From contig NC_087259.1 in NCBI RefSeq assembly GCF_037042905.1, positions 2,542,001-2,606,000 on the forward strand: a DNA stretch of 64,000 nt, in the 5' to 3' direction. The notes beneath the pieces were generated by a model. That model was given only the letters and a program-made list of their open reading frames with translations. It was not told the DNA's origin and did no database searches. The stretch comes from Lytechinus pictus. Its lineage: Eukaryota. A program made the translations under genes and the position numbers. Positions 26,361 through 38,456 of this stretch are shown one piece after another. The first letter of the stretch is position 1. Every line of letters begins with the position of its first letter.

Positions 26361-27800
26361 TTTTGGTAACATATACAGTTTTGACTTCACCCAGAGCCCG
26401 ACATTCCAATAAGAGCTCGTATAATTTACGTTATTGTACATTTTTTAAAAAGTGAATTACATGTAGTATAATTTACCAAAATTGTATTATAGATATGTAA
26501 ATAAATTCCCTCGTAAGAGGTTTGAAGAAAAAAAAATAATTTACTTAAATTATTCATTATTAATCGTAATTCTTCTGTGGTGCTTTAGAAGAAAAGAACA
26601 CATTAAAAAATATTATTCTTTTTTTTTAATCATATAGTAGAATTGTCGAAGTATCTGTCCCTCAAAAAAAAAGAGAAAGGTGAAGGGGGGGGGGGGTGAA
26701 ATTGAAAAGAAAACAACATTTGAAGAAATATAACGAGGAGGACAAGTCATTGATGACAATGATGGCGGTCTATATCCAATAACTCACGTGCAAGCAAGCG
26801 TACATTGGTGTAATCAAGGAAAGATACTCAAAGAACGACTTTGAAGAAGTCGTGATTACGTCTTAGTAAAGCCAGTCTCATCCGCGCGGTGCGTGCGTGC
26901 CGCCTTGCTAATAAACATTGATGAAAGCGACAGGTCTGCGAAGATGGTTGGCCGATTCTTGACAGTTTAATCAGCGCCCCATCAATTTACACCTATGATG
27001 GTTTAACCTCAGTATATGGAACATCAACCCAACCGCCATCTTCCTAAAATCACTACAAATACCCTCTTCTTTTTTATCATCTTCCCTCTTCAACAAGCTC
27101 AATATTCTTCCCCTATCGTAACTGTCTTGATCGTCAGGTCTTCTTGGGTGAATTTCTACATAATTCAAAATTCAAGTTTGCATTATTGATTTTCAACAGA
27201 AAAATAACACAAGATTATTACCTTGTTTACATCCGCCCACATAATTTATTTCAAATTAGATAAAGTAAATATGCTTGGTTTATTTTTCACTATGCGTACC
27301 AATATTAAAATTGAGAGAAAAATAAATGCATAATCATGATAATAGGAACAACGAATTAAAAAGAATACAAACATTATTAAAAACAACTACAATACTTCAG
27401 AATGCATTTTGCAAAGCTAGCTCTGTAATATAGCCATTAGAATTTCAATTTCAATTTATTTTATTTAATTTTCAACAGAACAAAGTAATGTGGTCAAAAT
27501 TGTTACAGTGAATTAAGAGGGGGGGGGGGGTGGGCACTACATAAAATAGCTTGTATAATAATAAGAAAAATTGAGATTGCATTAGAGGATTTCCTAGAAT
27601 CAAAGCAAAAAACACACACACACACAAAAGAACAAGGACATGAATAAAAAACAGGGTCAAGAAAGCTAACGCTGTTGGAAGAAAGATAATAATGAAGACG
27701 AAAATGGAGAAGGGGAAACAAAGAAGTAAAAAACAGGCTAATCGTCTTGTGAGGTAATTCATGTGATTAAGACCGATATGCAAAGTTGCAAACAAACATC

Positions 27801-28393
27801 TTAAAGGGGAATGAAACCATTGGAATAAGTAGGCTTGTTTCGAAACAGAAAAATCAAAGAAAAAGAACAAAGACAGTTTGAGAAAAATCGGACAAATAAT
27901 GAGAAAGTTATGTTCATTTGAATATTGCAGTCACTAATGCTATGGAGATCCTCCCATTGGCAATGCGACAAGGATGTGTGATGTCACATGTGAACAACTT
28001 TCCCTGTGAGGGACTATAAAATACCCCTAAAATGTCCCTTTTTGCACTTTCTTATGGTGATACAAACTGTTAATCCATGATGTATTTTTTTAAACTCTGT
28101 ATTACATGCCCTCCTATAGAAAGAACACATGATCTACTGATAGATGTGATAAAAGAGGCAATTTAAGCGAAATATATACTAATTCAATGGGGAGAGTTGT
28201 TCATAAGTGACATCACACATCTCTGTCGCATTGCCAATTTGAGGATCTCCATAGCATTAGTGATCGCAATATTCAAATGCTCATAACTTTCTCATTGTTT
28301 GTCCGATTTTTCTCAAACTTTCGTTGATCTGTTTCTTTGATTTTTCTGTTTTCACACGAGCTATCTTGTTTCAAAGGTTTCATTCTCCTTTAA
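27801..28393. mobile_element. Kolobok/T2-like MITE
   Basis: TTAA-AGGGGAATGAAACC ... GGTTTCATTCTCCT-TTAA, with inverted arms of about 200 bp. Same family as 45394-46167. Confidence 0.88.
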
Positions 28394-29249
28394 GCAGTTT
28401 TAAGTTTGAAGAAATAAAGTGGGCAAAATTAGTTAAAACTTCTGCAAGATTTGTGAAGAAATGTTTTCAGATTATTTTGATAAGAATTCAAGAACGGACT
28501 GTTTTTCTTGTCGAGTAAAAAGGGAGTTCTGAAATTTGAGATCTCCACTCATGATTTACATAAAATGTACTCTTTCCTAAAATAAAGAAAGAAAATGGTA
28601 AGTTACATTCCTTAGATTGAGCAATAAAGGGAGAACGTAGCATCTTATGCATGCGGCAGGGTATTTTCTGTCAAACTAACTTATACACAAATAATTGCCT
28701 TACAATGAAATAGGTACAAGTGGTTTTCAATATTTTCTGGCATGAAGTGACCTTTAGAATTGTCATAAATTTGATATCATCTTGACCATTGTTTTACTTT
28801 GTATGGCGCCTCACGTTTTATTAAAAATAAAAGATGTATCTTTACAGCCTAAAACCATTCAAAGGTCCATAACAGTATTTTATACAGAAGAACGTCCAGG
28901 ATACTCGTCTGGTAAATGATTGATTGATTAAGAAAGAATATTTTTCAAGTCATATTTTCAACAATGAAATTTCAGAGTAAGGCAAATTAAAGTACATGGG
29001 CAAGGCGAGGGGGTGCTTGTTCAGTTTTTACAGTATTAACTTGTTTCATTGATGTCATGCTAGCTCATAAACGGTGTTTTAAATCGTTCCTAATTTCCGT
29101 AATTCTCGTAACTGGTCCCTTAATATTACTCCGGTAATTCATTTCTCCCTCCCGTCCAAAGAGGGGGGAAATAGGCTTCCAGTGACAGTTGGAGAGATGC
29201 AAAAAAGGCGAGCATTTACTCTAGTCATAATAATACGAGCCATGAGCAA

Positions 29250-29470
29250 AACTCGACTGCTGATTGGATAATACACCACGCCCTCCCACGCTCGTAGCCA
29301 ATGAAATGCAGCCAAAGTGATAATGACGTGTGTATGGTCGCGTGCGGAGGCCGCTGACTCGCGCGGGGCAGGACGACTTTTGAAGCCCTCGCGTGTTTCG
29401 TACGTGGCTGCGTTGTCTGATGCGGAGAGATCGTGCGGTTGGATAGCTTACTGCGAAGGGATAACCCCAG
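29250..29470 (+). promoter_or_regulatory. Putative Lhx3/4 promoter
   Basis: CpG/GC-rich island in AT-rich DNA, with CTGATTGG (inverted CCAAT, about 29259), GCCAAT (about 29297) and TGACGT (CRE-like, about 29324). Followed by a GA-rich leader and the first coding exon. Confidence 0.55.
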
Positions 29471-29770
29471 CATGCACGTGTCTCTGTGAGGAGTGAGAGA
29501 AGTACAAACAAGGGGAGAGTGAAAGAGAGAGCGAGATGAAAAATTGAGACCACTGGTGAGGCTGGGATCGCATCTTACCTACATTACCCTCATCTCATTC
29601 ACTCAGGCAGCTACGTTCAAGCTAAGACGACGTACCCGGCTTCGCCTCTTGGAGCTCTGATCCAGTCGCCACATCACCACCACCACCACCATCATCATCA
29701 TCTCTTCCAAGTTGAGAGCGGAATCGAGAAGCTAAGTTTACCACCAGAAGTGCACAGAGGAGATTGTGTC

Positions 29771-29855
29771 ATGAAACAGGATTTGTTTATGGGAGGACCT
29801 CTCCAGATTGAACGAAACATGCCACAGGCGAACAACGACTCATTCCAAGAACAGA
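29771..29855 (+). CDS. Lhx3/4: Lhx3/4 (Lim3) probable first coding exon, MKQDLFMGGPLQIERNMPQANNDSFQEQ
   Basis: ATG at 29771, 28 codons plus 1 nt, then the donor A|GTAAGA at 29856. Phase 1 matches the phase-1 acceptor of the LIM1 exon (A+AA=K, giving [11 protein letters not shown]). It lies just downstream of a CCAAT/CRE-containing GC-rich region. The true start may be further upstream (see findings). Confidence 0.72.
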
Positions 29856-32800
29856 GTAAGAGAGATAGAAAAAAAAACTAATTTTCTTAATTGTCTGTGC
29901 TTTCTCGTCAATATCACATACTCCTGTGTCTACCAGCCGTAATGAATTAGTATAGCGAGGAAACCCCCCAATTACCAACGTCCGACGTTTCAAACTTGTC
30001 ATCTCAATTTCTGATCAAAACTATTTAACCATGAACCTCTCAATATAATTCAAGCTCTTCCTATAATCAGACTAGAATCCGCAACCCCTTGATTTTTTTT
30101 CTTGTCTTCTACCCTTAACCGGCCACTAAAGGTTCTTCTTTTCTTTAAACCCTTGCCAATTCACTTCACAAAAGCTCATGCTCGCCTCATCAGTAAAGCT
30201 GTTATCCAGGCGAACGAATCTAAGTTCCCCATCTTCTTAATGCTCCATCTCGAGCTTTTCAGGCCGTATTTTGCCCAAATTATGCGTCTTTTATCCAGTT
30301 TTCTTCTTCCTATCTTTGTTTGAAACCCCCGTTTCTCTCCCCCACCAACTTGGTTAGGAGTTGAAACTGGAGATCCGTTCTTGGAGAGTTTAATCACATC
30401 AAGCTCGCTTCACCGTACACTGATCAGATTTACCCCCGTTCTAAGCCAATTCCTATATCCATCATAATTCGATTTTCTTTCCTCTTCAATTGAATTTGCC
30501 CACGTTCCAGTCGATCCCGGCACGTAATTATCCTTCATTTTCTCCCCGAATGCCGCATTGCTACAAATTCCTTCATTTTGGAGCAACTTTATAATCATAC
30601 CGCGCTGTATTTCAAGAAAATATTTTAAGTTAAAAACGTTTTGTCCCGATTGTCCTTACTGCCTTTTTCATTGGACGAATATAGATTCATGTTTGTCTCT
30701 TTAAATCCTTACAAAATAATAATGAAACCTTATTGAAATAAAGGTGGGAATCAATTTTTTTCTTTAGAGCATCATTAATGGTCATTTTGTAGGTTAATTA
30801 ATGTACTCGTTAGATTGATTTCTTGATCATTAGTATTGTTTATGGATTAACGTGTTTCGATTTTTTTACTTGATTATTTCACATGAAAATGTTTATTTAA
30901 TTACTTTCTTTTACCAATCATCGAGTGATTTATTTTGCTTTAAAATGCAATGTGCCCAAAAAGTTATAAAGTAGGAAAACACTGACATGAACTTTTATTT
31001 TATTCAATGTTTAAATACTTATTCTCCTAATATAGCGACAGCATACCATTAAAATGTTCTTTGTGTTCTTATTCAAATGAAATCATTTATTTGTTTTGTA
31101 GCCGTACACGGAGTATCATTATTAGTATGCATTGTTTTACAATCGTATTACTATATTATAAAATTATTGATAATTTTATCTGAATTCACTGCGTTTATTA
31201 TTAATGAGGCCTATACAAATCTTATAGCCGAAATGAACTGATCTTATAAGGACCATGCCAAACGAATAAAATCAAGCCAGTTTATTTTTGTCAAGGACAA
31301 GATTATTTTTGTATGTATTCATAAAAACTTTTAAGATGTTCCATTTTCCAGTGAAAATGAAATGAAAAATGTGATTATCATCATTGAAAAAAAAGGAAGC
31401 CCAATAAGTTACATCTTGACTTTATCGATCCTCTATATATAGCAATCAAAAGAATAACACGAATAAGGAGTGTCTCTTTATCATAAATACATGACATTCA
31501 GAAAAGATTAAGTGAAGTAAAATATAGCGAAAGATGACCCTGGGGATTTTAATTAATGTAAATGTCAAATGAATTATACAATGCAGTCACATTAATTTAG
31601 CCAACATTCTCGGCATATTTTGAGGCCATTTCATGCGTTATTTTGAAAAGATGTTTAAATTTCGTGCACAATGTGATATTCCTCTCGGAAATTCATCCAA
31701 AAAGATGAAGATATTTTCATGTCTTTGTTGATAATTCGTTCAAAGAATAAAAAATAGCGCGATGCATTTGAATTGGTTTAATAGAGACCGTGCTTTTGAC
31801 AGCACCCTAGCAAAATACCTAGCGGGAAGCGAGTGAGCCCATACCCATGACAACCGGCTTGGAGTCACGTCTGTGTTCCGTTGTCTAGATGTCGGCCACT
31901 CGCGTGCCGTGTCATGCATACCTACCACGGAATGAAGAGAAGGGCAATTTCATTAACGAAATTAAGTTAGACGACCAATTACTAAATTAGATAGATATAA
32001 TATACACACAACTCAAGTAAGGTTATGTACTATGAAAGGTTTCGAAACACATATCATTATGCAGCTTGTCGACATTTCAGGTGCATAATTATGATTGTTA
32101 TTGTGTTTTCTTATTTTTTTACTCGTCTTAATCTAAAATTTATTTTCCCCATCCCCTATCATTCGGTAGTTTACATCCAAGATAAACTTAACTTTAAGGG
32201 ATTATTTATCATCCATTCACTGCGGTTAAACAATTTATGCATAAATTTGCTGATTATGATTTTATTCCTTTATTATTTTTATGTCTGAATAAATTTTTGT
32301 TTAATCCAACGTATTCGTGATTTGCCGGTTAATACATAAAAGCAGTTGATAGTTTGCATAGCTCAAATATTATTAGGCACGTTCGTTTTGTGGAAAGATA
32401 GAAAGGCAAACTTGCAACGCCCTTCAATGGTTATTTTATCGGTTTGCAATAGCCAAAGTTTTCATAATTACTTCATTGATTTTCTCATCATTAAATTAGC
32501 GACAAATTTGAAACCCATATTTACACACATTCACTTAATTTTGAACGAATGATTAAGCTTGCGTGCGTGCCGAAAAAGTCTCTCTCTTTAAAAAAAAAAT
32601 CAAGCCAGGGTTTGATATAACAAATTTATAAAGGGTAAGAAAGTTACATATTAGGACAGACTGTGAAATTTTCATTGAAGGAATACGAAACAATCTTAAG
32701 TAATTTCATGATTCGTATTGGGTTTTCTTCGGGTGTGGCGTACTGTCATTTTTTTTCTTTCTGCCTTTTTTTCGAGTCAGGTTGGCTTCAATGTTATCAA

Positions 32801-34171
32801 ATTAATTACTCTATCTACTTTTGAATCACAGAATATGCTAATCCTTATCGGTAATTATATTACCATTACTATCCTACTCTATTCAGCATGTTTTATTAGC
32901 AAATTTATTTTGACGATTTTCTTTTTTCATTTTCATAAGTGTCAAGTATATTTGATATTTGATCATGCTAGGCATTTAATAATCACCATGCGTTAAACCG
33001 TTCTTCATTACTAATTAATTCATTTATGATTCTAGACATATTCTATTTCATTATAACTAAATGATATTATGAATTTAATTAATATAAGCCATTATCTAGA
33101 AGGGATTGTTTAAATCAATTTTATGCTGATGCTTGTATCTATCAATATCCTATAATTAGGTATATGCTGTTTACAATTTTAATGTCGATAAGTGCATTTT
33201 TGTCAAGTTGCTTCTTTTCTTTAATATCGATCTCATTTCATGTATTTGGTTGAGGTATAATCTCAAATTACCATTATAATATTTCTTAATTTTGATCAAT
33301 ATGAAATGGTATGAGGGGAAAACCCCATTAAAACCGGTAAAAATTCTGTTCGTACTTGTTTAAAAATATATTATTTCCGGTTAATTATTTAAGCTATGAA
33401 TCCAGTGACCGGGTTATAATAATTGTAAAGCGCTTTGAGCAGTCGTATAGGTCGCTAAATAAAAGTCAATTATTATTATCATTAATAGTAGTATTAGTAT
33501 TATGATACTTAAAAGAATAATTTGTAATGTCTATTACAAACCCTTTACCGACCTGCTATTTTTTCTGATGAAAGTTAAATATACCAAATTCACTATTTGT
33601 ATTGAGAGACTGTTTGTTTTCAAAGGAAGTCATATGTATTTAGACTCATATGATCAATGTGATGTTTTATTATTATTATTATTATTAAAATCTAAATGTC
33701 GATAATTCTATGGTATAGTTATTGATTTCTTGCTTAGTTTATCTTGATCATATCACATGTATCACTTGAAATGTGAACGTTTCAATGTCACCATTACCAT
33801 CATCATCATAATGACATAGATCAATTTTTATTCAGGCATTATCTTTTGGATGGAATGATGAATATAGTATTGTTTCATTTTGACTACCTTTCCTCTCTGT
33901 GTGTAATGCGCTCTGTATCTCTTTAGAAAGTGCGGNNNNNNNNNNNNNNNNNNNNNNNNNNNNNNNNNNNNNNNNNNNNNNNNNNNNNNNNNNNNNNNNN
34001 NNNNNNNNNNNNNNNNNNNNNNNNNNNNNNNNNNNNNNNNNNNNNNNNNNNNNNNNNNNNNNNNNNNNNNNNNNNNNNNNNNNNNNNNNNNNNNNNNNNN
34101 NNNNNNNNNNNNNNNNNNNNNNNNNNNNNNNNNNNNNNNNNNNNNNNNNNNNCTGTTATCATTATTATTAT

Positions 34172-34204
<33 letters not shown>

Positions 34205-34511
34205 CATTATTAGCAGTAGTAGTAGTAATATTGCTGTTGTTTTTGTTGTTGTTATCATTATTATTATCATCATTATTATTATTATTTCTATTGTTATTAT
34301 TATTTCAAAGCAATTACATTTTGACATTAATTATCTTATCCAAGTGATATAATCGGAATACCTTTGCTAGGGAGACGACCCTCTGTATAGCCTATAGTCT
34401 GTCTGACTTGTCATTCATGTCATCGTAATAACCCTTTTTTAAGGAATCATATAATATTGATTAAAATCAAATAAAATCGTTATTCTTTGCATCACCCCTT
34501 TTTTTTTGTAG

Positions 34512-34686
34512 AATCGATTTCTCTATGTGCGGGATGCGACCATCCCATTCTGGATAGGTTTATACTGAAAGTGGTTGATCGAGCCTGGCATGCAAAGTGT
34601 TTGCGGTGTGTTGACTGCAACGCTCAGCTCACTGACCGGTGCTTTTCCAGGGACGGTGGGGTCTTCTGCAAGGAAGATTTTTTCAA
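34512..34686 (+). CDS. Lhx3/4: Lhx3/4 exon encoding LIM domain 1
   Basis: Acceptor ttttttgtAG at 34510-34511. Encodes [58 protein letters not shown], matching the Lhx3/4 LIM1 signature [16 protein letters not shown]...CKxDFFK. Donor AA|GTAAGT (phase 2). Confidence 0.97.
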
Positions 34687-36762
34687 GTAAGTCTGTCGAT
34701 GATGATAATGGAATATAGGGCATTTCTTTCGCTTTGATGATGACCATCATTACTGATGACGGTGATTGCNNNNNNNNNNNNNNNNNNNNNNNNNNNNNNN
34801 NNNNNNNNNNNNNNNNNNNNNNNNNNNNNNNNNNNNNNNNNNNNNNNNNNNNNNNNNNNNNNNNNNNNNNNNNNNNNNNNNNNNNNNNNNNNNNNNNNNN
34901 NNNNNNNNNNNNNNNNNNNNNNNNNNNNNNNNNNNNNNNNNNNNNNNNNNNNNNNNNNNNNNNNNNNNNNNNNNNNNATGATGGTGGTAAAAATGATTAT
35001 TGTGGTGGTGGCAATGTTTATATATAGTCGTGTTGTTGGTGGTGGTTGGTGGGGGTGATGATGATTTTGATGATGATAGTGATGGTGATGCTGATGATGA
35101 TATATTTTGTGATGGTGGTGGTGGTATGGTAATGATGATGATAATATATATTTTTGGTGATGGTGGTAAAGTAATGATGATGATGATGATGATGATAATA
35201 TTTTGGTGATGGTGGTGGTATATTAATGATGATGATACCGAAAGAATATTTATTGAACATATTAATTCATCTGATCATGTTTTACTGTAAAAATTGGATG
35301 GCATAGAAGACAAATAAAGAGATCCGAGGGAGACCGACACAGATAGATATGGGGGGGGGGGGAGAGGGGGGTCGGAGGTCCAAACTAATCAGGCTTATTT
35401 TAGCCTTGGGGATGACTGTTCGCGTCATGTGAATTAGGACGACGCCCTAAAGAGTCACTTTAAAGCAGCTTTTCTCTTCATGAAATACCATGATCATGCC
35501 ACACCCCCTTAGGGTAGGGTTGACACCGCCGCGGACACCCTCCCAACATCCGCTCTGATGAGGTAGGCCAATGGCCGGGGGTGAAGAAATGCTCGGGTAT
35601 TGGCCGCTGATTCTTGTACCCCACCGACTCCCATTTCTTACTCTGATTGCACTAGCAGCAGTTGTGAAAGGGTTAAGCGTGATTTGACAGACCAGACGGA
35701 GCAAGGTTCACTCACCGAGTGGTGTTACAGCGCATCTTCCCCTTTCGACATCGCTTCCAGATATATAAGCCCTTTCGAACCCCAAGCACCCAACACAAGT
35801 AGACACATGCAAGGTGTTTCGGCGCGCGAAATGAAATTTACATCATGTAGCCCGCAGTGGAATGCAAAAGGGTGCGAAATTGAGCTTATCCTTTCACTAT
35901 CTATCGCCCTACGGATAGCGCTTAACTGTGCCCCGGTCGTGCCGAGTCGCGGCGCCAAAACAGATTGCGTTGGCGCCATTTCTGATATTCGCGTGTACAT
36001 TGGCATTTGGAGGTTGTTTACCTTTTGAAGGTGCTATGAATTCTTACTAAAGAAAGTAGCAAGATATGAATTATCTGTTTGCAATATTGATTGTACTAGT
36101 AATGCACTTTTAACAAATAAACTTTCGTTTTCTCTTTTGACCCTTTCTCTCATTCCATATCTGCTTTCATCCCTTTCTCTTTGTACTTAATCCTACTCAT
36201 CTCAACCCTTTCTCCTCCTCATCTTCCTCCACTACTTATTTCCAAAAAATCGCAATGCTCCTTATCTTAATCTACCTAACCCCCCTTGTCTTTCCCACCT
36301 CACCTTCCAAACTTCTTAAACCACTCCTCCAACTTTATCTCTCTCATTCTCATATTCCATCTCATAACATTTCTTCTCTTACTTTCAAATTTTCATTATA
36401 TTTCATCGATGTTGTCTACTCCCTTTTGTTCGCCACCTTAATTGCCCCCTCCTTAATGTATCTTCTTCTCCCTTCACCTTATTTTTTCTTTAATATTTTT
36501 CACGTCACCTCGCGTCCCCTTAATTTGACTTTATTTATTATTTTCCTCTTATACTTCCTTCCCTATAATTACATTCTCCATTATCTTCCTTTTTTCACTC
36601 TCCTCCTCATCTTCTTATCTTTCTCATCTTCGGGAAACATCTTCAACCTTTCCCTCTCTTGTCTAACCCTCTGCATTACCTTTGCCCATGTCCTCCTTCT
36701 CCTCTTCATTTTCCTCTGCCATCATACCCCCTCCCGACATCATCACCACTTACGTCATATAG

Positions 36763-36965
36763 GCGATTCGGCACCAAGTGCTCCTCGTGTGAGAAGGGCA
36801 TCGCCCCGACTGAGATCGTCCGAAGAGCTCTCGACAACGTCTACCACCTCCATTGCTTCTGTTGTATCATCTGCACACGACAACTTTCTACCGGAGACGA
36901 ATTCTTCCTCATGACTGATAACAAACTAGTTTGCAAACAAGACTACGAGGCGGCTAAAGCAAGAG
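36763..36965 (+). CDS. Lhx3/4: Lhx3/4 exon encoding LIM domain 2
   Basis: Acceptor catatAG at 36761-36762. Encodes [67 protein letters not shown]. Donor G|GTAAAG (phase 1). Phases fit both neighbours. Confidence 0.97.
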
Positions 36966-38015
36966 GTAAAGAACATGAAATGAAATTAATCCAATCATGC
37001 CGATAGCAGTTTGAAATATATTTCTGTTTTCTTTGCTCTTATTGGCAACAATGATGCACACGTCACACCAACGTAGCCGACTCCAGGCCGACCAAATCTA
37101 TTACGTTATTTTCAATGACGTAATTGTTCTATCGATCGGTTTAAAAAGAGTCAGATTCATTGGTATGACTGTTTATATTGGATTTTATTGCAATAAAAAC
37201 TATCAAAATACAATCACAAGCAGTCAAAGACTGAAATGAGTGAAAGTTTACATGTACAAATAGAAATATAACAAAATATAAAGTAAACATTATAAATAAA
37301 TATTAAATACAATACACATTCATACAGATGAAAACGAAATGTATCATAAGTAAATATTTAACAAGAGCATTAGCTTTCTATCCTCTAGAAAATGAACTAT
37401 TTCTGTTTATCAAATTTTTTTTAATTTGAACTAAACGGCTGCCAGTGTTGCCTCACTTGCCTGTTTCTCCGAAAACATTAATATTATTGGTTGTACGATA
37501 ATTAGCTAGTCCTTACTCATAAATAGATATAGGAACATTAAGTAACAAACAAGGGCCCTTTATTTTTCATTTCAAATGAGTTTTTCACAATCATCTGTTT
37601 GTCCGAGTGTGCCTGTCAAATGAAACAAAATTGGTTTCTGTTCAAATCATTTCAAGAATAATGCGATCCCCATTGATAAGAAATCAAAGATTTGTAAATA
37701 CAAGTCCTATACATGTCATTTGCTATCGAAAGTACCAATTAGAATTATCATGTGTGGCGTGTGGTTTTGATGTGAATGTTAATGTAACATGAGACAAACT
37801 ACTGAAGAGAAGTCTGATGATGACGAAATGATAGCAGTAATGTCCACTTTTTTCAACATGAAAAGCTGCTTGATTTTAAAAGAGAACATAATTATCATAG
37901 TTTGCCTTTATCATGCATATTAAAAAAAAAATGGCAGAAAAGGATATGTTATGGTGATTTATATTTTTAGTTGATTATTTTGCATGGACTATGAAAAAGA
38001 AAGCTTTCTAGTCGT

Positions 38016-38147
38016 ATCAATCAATGTTGAATCAGTCAGTCAATCAATGAAAATAAATTAATCAATTAATAAATCAATTAATATATCATTCTATCAATTA
38101 GTCAATCAATCAATCAATCAATGATCAATCAAACAAGCAATCCATCC

Positions 38148-38178
<31 letters not shown>

Positions 38179-38234
38179 GTCAGGCAGTCAGTCAGTCAAT
38201 CAATCAATCAACCATTACATTGATAAAAAGTCTG

Positions 38235-38269
<35 letters not shown>

Positions 38270-38349
38270 TATTGATGGATATGTTTTAGTCAAATCAAAT
38301 CAAATCATTAATCTTTCAAATTATCAAACAACCAACAAAGCAATCAACT

Positions 38350-38439
<90 letters not shown>

Positions 38440-38456
38440 ATCAATCAATCAATCAG
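38016..38456. repeat. (AATC)n microsatellite tract
   Basis: Directly visible, with a pure run at about 38350-38437. Confidence 0.95.

Noticed and set aside
29556-29606. 51-nt GT-AG mini-intron within the Lhx3/4 leader
   Set aside because: It is very short and frame-neutral, and it lies after the uORF stop, so it cannot join ATG 29536 to the main frame.
36255-36914. 219-aa hydrophobic ORF; similarly 3070-3498 and 15991-16593
   Set aside because: These are translations of pyrimidine-rich low-complexity non-coding sequence. The first overlaps the LIM2 exon out of frame.
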